Part shown: positions 51,001 through 64,000 of the stretch, piece after piece
Layout of the letters: each line of letters opens with the position of its first letter
Position numbering within the stretch: position 1 is the first letter of the stretch
Assembly: GCA_016748015.1 (NCBI GenBank)
Contig: JAAOMT010000441.1
Location: 186,001-250,000, forward strand
Direction of reading: 5' to 3'
DNA: 64,000 bases
Source: Geosiphon pyriformis uo1
Lineage: Eukaryota > Fungi > Glomeromycota
The notes under the pieces: generated by a model
Database searches by the model: none
What the model saw: only the letters and a program-made list of their open reading frames with translations
Told to the model about the DNA's origin: nothing
Position numbers and translations under genes: made by a program

Positions 51001-52219
51001 ATGGCAGTATAGTATTTTGAAGTAATTTGTTATAAAAATTAGTAAGTACTGCTTTTGGATTTTTTTGATTCTCTAAGTGAGATTTAATCTTTTTGTTGAC
51101 ATAAAAATTGAAAGTTGATTCTGCTGGCCAATGGTTATTTGTTAATTTTAGATGAGTTTGGTAGTTTTGAAATAAGGCTTTTACAAATTCCAAATAGTTT
51201 GTTTTTGTTTCTTCTGATTCTGCTACTGTTTTGGATAATTGCTGTTAGTGTTAATTCTTTGTTAAATTATATCTCACAGGAAGCACCAAATGTTACAGAT
51301 AATTATTTGGAGTCTGAAAACAAATAACAAACTCATAACTTGGTGCTCAATAGCTTAATAATATTGATAATATTTAAAGATTTTGGTAATTTAAAGATTT
51401 TCATATCTGAAAGTTTTAAGTTGGAGTCCTTTGTATAATAAACAGAGATTCAATAATTGTTTTCAGTAGTCTTCTAAAATGATTATTCTGGCAAATTTTT
51501 TTCTTCAGTATGGTGACCAGTTTATTCTGGCAATTATGCCTTTTTAGTAAACTATTCATTAATTTATAAATTCTATATCTTTATTTCTGGGTCTTTTACC
51601 AAGCTATCTTTAACATTAATTAATCAGCACTTAATTTCTTAAATCAGTTAGTAAACAACAAACAACAAAAAAATAAAAAAAAAGAAAAAAAAAAGAAAAA
51701 AAAGAAAAAAAGAAAATAAGAATTAGTATTCTGTTAATAGCCATAATTAAAAGTTATTGTTTTAATGTGTTTAAGTATTAGATATTATCAACATAAAGTG
51801 TTAATAATAGATAAGTGGTAAAGATTTTCAATTAAATGACAATAACATGGATTGGATAATAATAAGTATGTTTATTAGATATTTTGGTAAGTTTACTTTA
51901 ATTGATATTACTATTCATAAAGTAAGAGTTAATTAATAGTTAAAAAAGAGGATCCTAAACTGAACTGAACCAAATTTTGAATACTTTTTTTACTTTTAAT
52001 GCTACTGCTATATATACATAGTTGGTGTTATACAAGATTTCTGAAATTCTGTGATTTTTTCAAAAAAATTTTGGAATTCTGAGATTCTGGAATCCTGCAA
52101 TTTTTTATAAAGAATCTTAGAATTCTGGAATTCTAAAATCTTGCAATTCTTTTGTTACTATGCCTATTTCTAATTGGCTATTACTCTAATTATGATATTC
52201 CTAATTTCTATGAATAATA
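45012..52219 (-). mobile_element. Element F: 5' LTR (51291-52219), PBS, gag, PR, Cys-rich domain, dUTPase (~47060-47480), partial RT (B-related)
   Basis: PBS TGGTGCTTCCTGTGAG at 51273-51288; LCKHCLISSDFDYCDNC (47490 ORF); gag 50999 ORF similar to B gag. Confidence 0.85.
45219..46189 (-). repeat. Solo LTR of E family inserted in RT of F
   Basis: Similar to 22461-23452; TSD ATGA/ATGG. Confidence 0.9.
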
Positions 52220-54165
52220 GCATTAAAAGATGTTTTTCTTTTTACTTTTTTTGAAATTAACAAAACATATTAACAGATTTAATTACATACTTCTTCTTTT
52301 ATTACAATATTAATTCAGTTGTATTTTTCTAGTAATAATTTTTTACATATAAAATAAAATGTGTTATCCTATTTTCTGTTTTATTTTAAACTGCCAAATC
52401 ATTTTCTGTACCAGATTTTGCAATAATAAGTTTCATATTTCTTTTTAGACAATATATAAGCTTCCATTAATAAAAATTTTTTGTTGTAGTCTTTGTATCT
52501 AAATAGAATATACAATAGTTGTTTTTTTAGTTCTGGTTTTGAATATAACACATATTAATTACTAACTGATTTGGTTGTAAAAATAGATTGTTGGTTGGTG
52601 TTATTTATAAGAAAATACAAAAAAAGAAAGTGGAAAAAACAGATAAAAAAATAGACCAATAGAAAAATAGTACTTAACATATAAGTACAATATCAGAAAA
52701 CTATGACACATTGCTAGTAAATTATGGAATACTGCTCAGCAATGTGAGCAATATTAGTGAATTATGACATACTGCTTAGCAATATAAGCAATATTAGTAA
52801 AATTAAAGCACATTGTTCAAAAAAATATGAGATTTTATAGAATAAAAAATATGTATATATAGCAAAAGTATTAGAAACAAAAAAAGCAGAATTCATTCCA
52901 AAATCAATATTCACAATCAATTATTTATTTTTTACCCTTTTTTTCAAAAGATAGTTTTCTACAACTTAAAACAGAATCAAATTACATATTAATAAAATAT
53001 CAAATATTACTTGAATCTATGTTATTATTCCTTAATTAAAGAATATTAATCATTTTTATTTTATTAATACTCCATGTTAATAGAATTTAATACTTAACTA
53101 CACTAGAACAATAGCTCTTGATTATGACTATTAATAGAATATTAATTTTTTCTTTTCTTTTCATTTTTTTTAATTTTTTTTTAATTTTTTTTTAATTTTT
53201 TTTTGTTGTTTTGTTAATTTACTAACTGATTAAAGGAATTAAACATTGAATAATTTGACATTAAAAATAGCCTGATAAAAAACTCAGAAATAAGGATAAG
53301 AAACTAAAAATTTAAAGATAACTTATCAGAAAAACATGACTGTTAGAATAAACTGGCCATCATGTTAAAAAAAGAAATTTAACAGAATAACTATTCTGGG
53401 AAGCTACTAAAAACAACCATTGAATCTCTGTCTATTATACAAAAAACTTAACCAAAACCTTCAAATTATCAAAACCTTCAAATATTATCAACCATATTAG
53501 TTATTAAGCACTAAATTATAAGTTTGTTATTTGTATTAATATCTTAAATAATTATTTGTAATACTGGTTTCTTTTGGTTATAATAGTATTGGTTGTAATA
53601 TAAATGTTTCAAATAGCTGTTCTGTTTTTTTAATCTAATTGAATATTAATTCAAGAGCTATATAAGTCTTAGTAATTAGTTTTTTTTTCTTTTTAAATTT
53701 AAATATTGAAGCTTTTTTAAATTATTTGTTAAAAGTATCATACATAATAAGTACTTAAGTATATTGTCTTTGATATAAAATTTTAATTTCTTAGATTTTC
53801 TAATTTAAATTTGTATTGGCTTTAAAGAGCCAATTGTTTTTGACTAGAACTTAATATTAGAGTGTATTTATAATTAGAACTTTTATTAGAATGGTAATTT
53901 CATTAATTGTAAAAAAAAATTGTCAATTTCTTTTATAAAAGTTTTTTTTATATTATTGGCTATAACAATAACTGTTTGAGCTGATTTATTCATGTTTTAT
54001 TTAAGTTGTTGTATTAATTAGTACATGATAATATTTTTAGTAAATCTAATATTTAAGATTAAGCAAATTTGTTTTTTTTCTAATTCAGTTTTAATATACA
54101 TAGTTGTAATTACTTTTTGTTTATTAACTGCTATATTACTAAGCAAAAATGGTGATTTGTTTCTT
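52220..54165 (-). mobile_element. Decayed E-like internal fragment (protease and Cys-rich domain), split by a solo LTR
   Basis: Nucleotide similarity to 28440-29365. Confidence 0.7.
52599..53563 (+). repeat. Solo LTR, G family
   Basis: TGTTATTT...TGTAATA; TSD TTGG/CTGG; similar to 57580-58403. Confidence 0.85.
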
Positions 54166-54500
54166 TTTCTATATTAATACTATTAGACTTAATAATATTA
54201 TTAGTTTCAGAATTCCAAGAACAGCCAATTACTCCTTTAATAGATATCTTTTTATTAACAATATTATCTTTTAAAGCTCTATTTTTTCTCTTTTTCTTAG
54301 AAAAAATGTTCTTATTAATAATATCAGAACCAAAATTCTTAGCAGAATTCTTTATAACAGCCATATTAAAATCAAGAATAATTTTAGTCAAGCAGAAATA
54401 ATTTAGATTTATCAAATTAAATAGTGTTTAATAATAATTAAAAAACTTTTTTAACAAAACAAAAATTCCTTGATAATTATTAAAGTAAACAAAAAAAAAG
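54166..54500 (-). mobile_element. Possible decayed 5' end of LINE ORF1
   Basis: ORF 54131..54415 (SKKKRK..SWNSETNNIIKSNSINIEKE) resembles recalled fungal LINE ORF1 N-termini. Confidence 0.4.
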
Positions 54501-54699
54501 TTTTTTTTTGTAAAATTATATTTATTATTATATATATATAGGTTTTATTAATATTATTAGATTTAATAGATATTTTAATAATTAATAATATTAAAAATAT
54601 AATTAAATTTTAATTTAAAAAATTAAAAAAAAATGATAAAACAACTATAAAATATTATACAAAATTAAAAATTTTAAATAAACAATTATTTGATTTTAT

Positions 54700-55670
54700 A
54701 GATACTTAATTTTAAAAAAAAATTATTACTTAAATAAAAAAAACTTAAAAAAATAAAAGATATATAATATAAAAATTACCAAAAAAAATACATAATTTAA
54801 AAATATAGAAATAAATACATAATAACATAAAATAATATGTAATAATACATAATAATATATAAAAATATTATTAAAAATAATTTATTTAATAAAATAATTT
54901 TTATTATTTAATTTTTACAATATTAATTTTTAAAAATTTATTAAAGTTTAAAAATTTTTTAAATTATTATTAAAATAATTTTACTTATTAAGTTTTTTTA
55001 TAAAAAACAAAAAATTAAAATATTTTTTGGTTAATATTGTTAATAATCATATTTTCTATTAATAATAATTTGTTTATTTTATACTATTTAATTACAATTA
55101 ATAAGATTTGGTTTTGTTTTTTTAATAAATTAAAATTTACTTTAAAATTGATTTTTTAAGATATATTTATTATTATTAAATTATTAAATATTAAATTATT
55201 TATTATAACAATTAGATTATTAATGTGTTTATTTGTATTACTTTCAGTTATTTTTGAGCTTAATTACAAATTTTTAATAAAAATAAAAATAAAAAAAATT
55301 AGTATTTTATTAATAATTATAAATAAAAATAATTAGTCTAATTCTTAAAAATTTCAATGGTTTTTATATTAACTATATTTGGCTTTAAAAGTAAAAAAAA
55401 TAAGTAAATTTAGAATATTAAAATTTATAACTTAAAGCAATATATATGTGAGTTTTAATAATAATTTTATTAAAGTAAAAATTTTTTAAAAAATAATCAA
55501 ATTTGATTATTTTAATGGATTTTTTTATACAATTTATTGTTATGCTATTTTAAGTTTTAATACTTTTTTTTAAATATTTTAAAAAATAAAATATATATTT
55601 TGATAAATAACAAATTATTTTATAAACTGTTAAATATTTTAATAAATTTTTAAATATTATATAATTTAAT
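54700..55670 (+). repeat. Extremely AT-decayed LTR relic (D-like)
   Basis: ATAATACATA 10-mer-like array at ~54810-54860; almost no G/C left. Confidence 0.35.
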
Positions 55671-55678
55671 TATTATAG

Positions 55679-58403
55679 AGAAAGAAACAATACTATATAA
55701 CATGCATTCAGATTTAACAGCAAAATACTTTCATAAAGAAACAATCATAAAAAAAACCAGAAAAAAATATTATTGGTCATTAATATATCTAGACATCATC
55801 TAATATGTTCAAAATTGTGATGCTTATTAAAAAAAAGGAAGAATAAGACTCAGTAAATTACTAAGACCAATTAAAATAAGACAACTATTTGACAGAATTG
55901 GAATTAACTTAGTCAGACCATTAACAATAATCAGCAGAAGTAATTGTTATATAGCAGTAGTCATGGACTATCTTACAAAATGGCCAGAGACAAAAGCAAT
56001 TCAAAAAGCAGATATAAAATCTATAACCAAATTTGTTCATTAAGATTTAATTTGTCAACATAGATGTTTAAAAAGAATTATTATCAGATTAAAAAACTCA
56101 TTGTGTAAACAGAACATTAGCAGAATTAAGCCAAAGATTTAGAATCAAAAGACCATTATCATTACCATATTATCTATAAACAAATAGTTTAGTTGAAAAA
56201 TTCAATAGAACATTGTGTAAAGCAATTACCAAAATCAGCCAAAAAAACCAGGATGAATAAGATTTATTTATATCATCAGTACTATTTGTTTATTGAACAA
56301 TAAAGCAGAATATTACACAAGCAACACCATTTGAACTTGTTTATAGTAGAACAACAATATTACTAGTTAAGATAGAAGTCAATATGTATCCAATTAAACC
56401 AATAATAGAACCCAACTTCTAAAGAACATTGCTAAGAAGAACATATGACTTAATAAAAACATTAGAAAACAAAAGACAAAGAGCAGCCAATAACATTCAA
56501 AAGTTACAAGAAAAACAAAAAAAATAACATGATAACCAATTACCAGATAAACCAGTAGAATTCAGAATTAGAGACAAAGTACTCTTATATTATACCAAAG
56601 CAAAAAAACAATGAAGTGGAAAATTTGACCTCAAATAGAATGAATCATTTTATATTGAAGAAATTCTAAGAAATAAAACTTATAAACTGAGATGAGACAA
56701 CAAAATCTTAGCCAAAGCAATACATAATGATTAACTAAAACTATATTGTAATATAGTATTATTATCTATCAGTAATATTCCACAACTAGAATACAACAAA
56801 TACTAGTCCAACCAAATGAGATTCCACAAGATCTAAAACCAATTATAATCATTGATACAAACACGTTAAATTGATTAACCAAAAAAATATATAAGAACAC
56901 AGTATATACAACAAAAAAACCAAAAGAAAATAAAAATACCAGATCATATTCACACCTTAGCTCAACAATTATTTTAGGCTTTAAATCAATAACAGTTAGA
57001 CATGGAAATTACCATCAACCACCAAACAATCTGCTATCAAAATACCAAGAAAAAAGAGAAAAGTACACTATATCAGCAACCACAAAACCAACCAAGAAAC
57101 TGGTTAGATAAAATAATTGAAAAAATAAAAAACACTTTTGGAAAAATACCCATTATAGTTCCAACAAAAGAACTTTCAAAAAAAAATTGAAAACAGTGGA
57201 TAAAACAACTTCCAATACCATACTACTACTATCAATTGGAACAAAAGTTAGATATTTAAAAGTTATATCTTAATAAAGCCAAAAAAATATTCAACCAAGA
57301 GATAATATGGAATATTGAAGACATTATTGGAAAAAAAAACAAATCTAACACTACATATTAAAACAATCTATTGACTATACACAATATTTTAAAACTACTC
57401 AGAAATATTGTTACACTCCAATATAGAGACAATAATTATTAACCAGTGGTGGAGAATAAACAACTCACAAATTAAAGATATAAGAAGCAGAATAAAACAA
57501 ACAATATTAGAGAAAGAAGTCATAGACCTAATTCAAAATGAAAATTTTGACAAAGCTCAATATTAAAAGGAGGAAATAATGTTACTTATAGAAAAAACAT
57601 ACAAAAAAATAGTAGAAAAACAGATAGATCAATAGAAGAATAGTAGTTAAATACATAAGCATATTGCTTAGCAATGTGAGCATTGCTTAAGAAATTATAG
57701 CCCATTATTTAGAAATATGAGCAATCTTGTAAAACTCAAATTATGTATATATAATAAGAGCATTAAGAGCAGAAAAAACAGAATTCCCCAGCTAGAATTG
57801 ATATTATATCTCCCAGTATTAACATTTTAAGTTAGAATTATCAATATTAATAAATAATTATTTACCATCTGACTTACTCTTTCCACTATCAACACTTTAT
57901 GTTAATAATAATTGATACTTAATCACACTAAAACAATAGCTCTTAATCATGGCTATTAATGAGATACTAACATAAATTGTCTTGGCTTAACTTTCTTTTT
58001 TATTTTTATTTTTTTTCTTTTGTTATTTACTAATTGATTAAAAAAATTAATGTGTGGAGTATTAACATCAGAATATAGCATTAGTAAAAGACTTAGGAAT
58101 AAGAATAAACACTCAAATTTGAGGATAGCTTACCAGAAAATTGCTGGCCACCATGCCAAAAAAAAATTAACAGAATTGCGATTCTGAGAAATGACAGACA
58201 ACAAAGCACATCAACTTAAGGGTTGAAGAAACTAAAAACATCACCAAAAAATTTTACTGTTGATCTCTGTCTATTATACAAAAGACTCAAACCAAAATCT
58301 TCAGACAACCAAAACTTTCAGTTTTTACTAATTATATTAGCTATTAAGCATTAAGTTACAGGTTTGTTATTTAATTTAAGACCCCAAATAATTACTTGTA
58401 ACA
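55679..58403 (+). mobile_element. Element G 3' fragment: integrase, ORF3, PPT, 3' LTR (57580-58403)
   Basis: Close similarity to B integrase (MHSD..DYLTKWPE); NFDKAQY* then AAAGGAGGAAATAA then TGTTAC...TGTAACA. Confidence 0.88.
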
Positions 58404-59206
58404 CCAGTTGTTTTGTATAGTTATATTGTAGTAAATATTAACTCTTTCTTAAGAATAGCTTATCTGAAAGCTTACTAAAAATACATAGTTATTTTATTAC
58501 AAAAGTTAACTCTTTTACAGGAATCTCATTTGTAGACTATCTTAATAATTATAATAAAAAAAATAAAAAAAAATAAAAAAAATGTAAAAAAAATAAAATT
58601 TATTGAGAAAATTGTTTTTTGTTCAGACCTAAAATTATTAATAGATTTACTAAAATTGGTAATTAATTAATTTTAAAAATATTAGTTGGGTTTTAAGGAA
58701 TGTCAGGTGTAATTATTTAAAAAAATTGGGTTTTTAAAATATTTAATTTTTATTTGTTTTCTTGTAAAAATATGTATAGAATAATTGATTCTAATTAAAA
58801 TATTTTTTTTATAAAGAAAAGCTTTTCTTTTATACAATTTATTATAGCACTAGCCTATAAACTTGAATTTTTTTTTTGTTATAATTTTAACAAACTAAAG
58901 ATATATTTTAATAAACTATAAGTTGTTTTTACAAACTATGAATAATTTCAGTGAATTATTAAGATATTTTGCAAATTTCTACAAATTTTGGTGAATTTTT
59001 GAATATTATATAGTTCAGAATATTATGTAATCTGATCATTTTATTTTCTATTATACAAATCAAATTATTAATTTAACTAATAATATTTAATAATTTGATT
59101 AAATAATAAGTAATAATTGAAATAATATTTGATATATACTAATTAATAATAGGAATTATAAAAGTAATTTTATGCTAATTTAATAACTAGAATTCTATTG
59201 ATAATA
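58404..59206 (-). repeat. Partial E-family LTR (probable target of G insertion)
   Basis: Similar to 22628-23452. Confidence 0.8.
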
Positions 59207-61140
59207 CTATACAGTGAGTAATTTTTTCTTATAGTCTCAATAGTTACTACTTTTGTGAATTTTTTGAAGTGTTTTGTCTTTGTGGATTTTATAATTTTAC
59301 AAAAAACATCAAATATTATGAGTAAACTTGGTAAGATATTGTAATAATATTTGGTGTTCTAAATCTAAATTAGAGAAGCTTGAAGATTTCTATTCAGATA
59401 CTTAAAATAAATTAGTGATATTAATTTTTAAAGATTTTTGCTAATTTTATCTATAGAATTCTTTGGTTATAAGATACAGAAAGATGTTTTTATTGTTTGT
59501 AATTTAAGTATATAAACTATCTTCTTTAAGCTAGTTAAATACAATTATTAGAGTTTAGTAGTGTCTTTTTATTTCTTTGGTAAGCTAATAGGATAATATT
59601 AATATTCAATCCTAAAAAAAGCTTTTTTTTTTTACCAGACTATTATAAATTCTATTCTTAAATAGTCAATTTAACAATGTTATTACTCCACAAAAGAGAA
59701 AAAAATAAAAAAATAAAAATTTTATTAATTGCCATAATTAAGAATAATTGGTTTAAGTTATTATTGTTTAAAGTAGTTTTATGCTAAAAACATCTGGCTA
59801 AAAATAAAAGTAAAAGAATAATTAGTTTAAGTTAAACATGGAATTTGTAGATTATATATAAGTGAGTTTGGGTTTTTAATATGTTTTTTATTTGAAGTAA
59901 TATAAATATATAAATAAAATAGATCTAAAAAATATAAGTAAAAAGATATAATTTTTTATTTGTTTGTTTGTTTTTTTTTATTGTTAAAACTACTTATTTT
60001 TATACATATTTTTAGTTTTACAAAATTGCTTTTAATTATTTATTATTACTAGTTATTGTTTACTATTTCTGTTGTTGCTTTATTCTTTTACACTATAACT
60101 AGTTATCTTATATTATAATTGGTTATTCTGTACTATTTTATATTATTGTGTATTATCTTGTATTATTTTGAGTTATAACATATTATTTTGTGTTATTTTA
60201 CATTATCATATTTTTTTAAGTTATCATGTTTTTAATTATGTTTTTTTCAATATTTTTCAAATTGGTTTTTCTACTTAAGTAATATTATAAAGTTTTTTAG
60301 TTATAAAGCACAAAAAAGTGTTTTGGCTGTTCATAATTTAAGTATATGAACTATCTTTTCTAAGCTATTTAAGTATAATTGTTAAGATCTAGTGGTGTTT
60401 TTTTGCTTTTCTAGTAAGTTAACAAGATAATATTAATATCTAATCTTAAAGAAAACCTTTTTTTTACCAGATTATAAAGTTTATTTTTAGACAATCAATT
60501 TTACAATGTTGTCACTTTACAAAAGAGAAAAATAAAAAAATAAAAATAAAAAAATAAAAAAATAAAAAAAAATAAAAAACAAAAATAAATTAATTTTGTT
60601 AATTATCATAATTAAAAGTAATTAGTCTAAGTTGTTATTATTTAAGATGATTTTATGCTAAAAACATTTGGTCAAAAATAAAGATAAAAGAATGATTAGT
60701 TTAGTTTAAATATGAAATTTATAGATTATATATAAATAAGTTTAAATTTCAAATATTTTCTTTATTTAAAATAATATAGATATATAAGTAAGATGGATTT
60801 AATAAATATAAATAAAAAGATATATTTTTTTATTTGTTTGTCTGTTGATTTGTTTGTCTTTTTTTTATTGCTAAAATTACTTATTTTATACATATTTCTA
60901 GTTTTATAAGATTGCTTTTAATTACTTATTATTACTAGCTATTGCTTGTTATTTCTGTTGTTGTTTTATTTTTTTATATTATAATTAGTTATTCTATATT
61001 ATAACCAATTATTTCATGTTATTGTGTATTATCTTGAGTTATAATGTATTATTTTGTATTATTACATTTTTCTAAGTTATTAAGTTTTTTAATCATATTT
61101 TTTCAATATCTTTTGTATTGGTTTTTTTACTCAAATAATA
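59207..61140 (-). repeat. Two decayed D-family LTR copies (59207-60284 and 60285-61140)
   Basis: Both resemble the reverse complement of 7841-8750 and each other. Confidence 0.75.
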
Positions 61141-64000
61141 CTGTTTTTTTCAAGATATTAAACATTAAAAATCTGTCTAAATTGCAAAAAATCTGTAACA
61201 AATTATTTATTAATAAAAGTTTATTATTTAGAAAAACTTTCACTATCTTAGCAAGAAAATTGTTTATAAAATTAACTTTTAATTTAATAGAATATTGCAA
61301 AAAATTAACCAAAGTCTAGCTTAAAGCTTGTAAATTCAAAAAATAATAATCAAAAAGATAGTTAAGAATACTCTCAGAATTTGCAAACATAATAACTAAA
61401 ACTGTTTTATCTTTAACTTGTAACTGTTTAAAAAATTTCAAGTTATACAATAGTAAATAATACAAAGCCTTATTGAAAAAGTTTTTAAGCAACTCAGCTT
61501 TTAATCTCAAACTTTTTTTAATCAAAACATTTTACTTGTAATAAACATTAATTAAAATAAAACTAAACTATATACAGTAACTAATTATAAGTTATAAGAC
61601 AATAGAAACTAAATAATAAAACTGTTTATTCGAAATTGTTTTTCTCAAAACCACATTTGCAAAAAACTTAATATTTAAGTAAGTTTTAGCCAAATTAGAC
61701 TTAAAAAAACTCTTAATAAAAATTTTTTTAAGTAACAGTGTGATTTGCTCTTTTTTGTAATTAAAATAGAATATTTACTAATATTTAATAAAGTATTTTA
61801 TACTCTCCAATTAATGAGAATGGCCACTGTTTTATTATAATTTATTAAAATATTATTGATTTTAAAAAACTTACTGGTAATGTTCAAAATATATTAAGTT
61901 AAAGTTTAACTGTTCTTTATTTAAATAGTGTTATTAACAAAAGTTCTAACTGTAAAAAATAAAGTTTTTTTTTTGTGTTTTCTATTCTGTTAGTCTTGAC
62001 TACAAATTTTTTATCAACTTAATAACTACATAAATGTTTATGTTTCTTAATCTTACACAAAAAAAAGTCATAAAAAATCTTTTAAAAAAAAAGTTAAAAA
62101 TTTTTGCTTTGGTCCAACTTATTATGTACATAATAACTTTTTAAAAGCCTAAAATCAGTTATAACTTTGTTAATTTTGTTCTGATATATGTTGCTAAAAA
62201 AACCAATAAACTGTTCACATATTTTAACATGCTTTAAACTAGCTCTTAAATAATACTAACTAACTAAATTATATGTTTTATATATGTTTTGTAAAACCAA
62301 TTACAATTTTCTATTTTTTTTTAAAGTATTTTTATCAATCAAACCAACCACAAATATTGGAAACCATGTTGATGTACTTTTTAATACCAAAAAATTATTT
62401 TTATGAGAAGCATCAAATTTGCTGCACACAAAAAAAATCTGGTTTAAAAAAATCTTCAACAAAATTTTTCTGGCTGTCTTTATTAATGCTATTGGTTTAG
62501 TATTAGTTAATCTATTATTTTATTTATAAGACTTTAAAATCATAGAAATTCAAGCTTTTTTCTATAAAACAGAAATTGTGTTAACATCTAAACAATAATT
62601 TAAAAAGACTAAGAGACAATTTATAATCTCAAAACCACAATATTTCTACAATTTATTTGAAATATTAAACAAGCCAGCAGTCTTATTATTAAGTAATTTT
62701 TTTATAATTAGATTAATACTTCCATGCTAATTTGTTTTATAATTTCAGAAAATATTTTATTCTTAATATAATTCAAAATTATGTATTAATAAGATCAAAA
62801 ATTTGGCATTATCTTAAATACAAACTTTTTTTAGTTTAATTTTTTATTATTATATTCACTTTGTTTTTTATTATCTCAAATTCAAAATCAAATTTTTATC
62901 AACTAACAAATAATCTAAAACCACTTTTCAAAAAAGTTTTTCTAAAATACTTCTAATTATTCAACTTTGGTTTATACAAAAGTCTTCTATTTTTTATTAA
63001 TTGTATTCCTAATTATAGTTGTCTTTACAGCTTTAAATTTTTGATATTTGAATGTCTGATATTTCTTGTTTATTTTTAACAAATAAAAAAAGATTTTTTT
63101 ATTTTTTGTTTCATATTTAATTAGAGAAAACAATTCAGTAAATTTATTAGTATTCAATCTTGATCAAATCTGCTTAAAATAGTTAAAATTGCCAATATTT
63201 TCTAAAAAAAAGTCTTAACAATCTTTGAAACCAAAACTTCCAATCTGCAAAATCTTGAAAATTGCTTATTCTTAAAATTACCAAAATTTTTAAACCAATT
63301 CTTAAAAAAAATCTGGTTTGTCAATTCAATTATTACTATTCTTAGAAAATTTTATATTATATTCAAATTGTCTTGTCTTTTTGAATTTTGGAACTTGTTA
63401 AATATACAAAACATCCTCTCTAATAAGCATTTTTTAAACTGGATTTATTTTGAATTATTTGCATTTTTAAAGCCAAAATTTTATCAATTTTTATTAGTGT
63501 GTTTTTGAATAATATTTAAATATTTGTTCAAAAAGCTATCTAAACCAAAAAAATTACAACAGCTAAATAATCAGTATTAAAGAAATCAAAAACATAAATA
63601 ACTTTAAATTATCTGATAAAGAATTGTACAAATCCAAATCAAAACATTTTTTGAAACTTATACTTTATTTCACATTATTTTCATTGAAATTATCTTTTAA
63701 TATCACATAAAAACTTGAATTAACTGTTTTAAAAATACAAAAGTTTATTTTAAAGACTTAATCAAATTACATATTAGCTAAAGCTTTAATATACAGACCT
63801 AAAACTATAATTAAAAGCTTGTTGTTAAACAACAAACAAATTAAAAAAAAGCAATTTAGGATCTCAAAGACTTTATATATATGCTAAGCAAAAGTATTCA
63901 TTATTATAATCATTTTTAAACTCAAATAACCAGAATTTAAACTGAAAACAAAAATCTCCAAACCTAAAAATTTGTTTTTGATTCAAGATTTAACTTGTTT
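61141..64000 (-). mobile_element. Decayed LINE ORF2 (non-LTR reverse transcriptase)
   Basis: Minus-strand translation ~62200-62510: NTKPIALIKTARKILLKIF..NNFLVLK..LVLQNIYKTYNLVS (RPIAL / DxxKAYDSV motifs); ORF 61316 is C-terminal to RT. Confidence 0.85.

Noticed and set aside
54430-55670. Very AT-rich stretch as centromere core or origin
   Set aside because: Better explained as end-stage decay of an LTR; no independent support
61044-61319. Hydrophobic F/L/I/K-rich short ORFs (also 33829, 37738, 40552, 62273)
   Set aside because: Composition artefacts of AT-decayed or antisense TE sequence

Overview
Gene-free, AT-rich eukaryotic (most likely fungal, Glomeromycotina/Geosiphon-like; inference) heterochromatic window made almost entirely of nested retrotransposons. 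It holds at least 7 Ty3/Gypsy-type LTR element copies or fragments (A, B, C, C', E, F/H, G), several solo or partial LTRs and 4 decayed LINE fragments. LTRs end TGTTA...TAACA, with 4-bp target-site duplications and progressive C>T/G>A decay. The LTR elements share an unusual architecture. ORF1 is gag-protease-Cys-rich domain-dUTPase(+dUTPase-like)-RT-RNase H and then stops. Integrase is a separate ORF with its own ATG. A ~220-235 aa non-env ORF3 ends at a conserved motif abutting the PPT. Each family also carries its own tandem, often palindromic, array in U3. No host gene, RNA gene or CRISPR array is supported.
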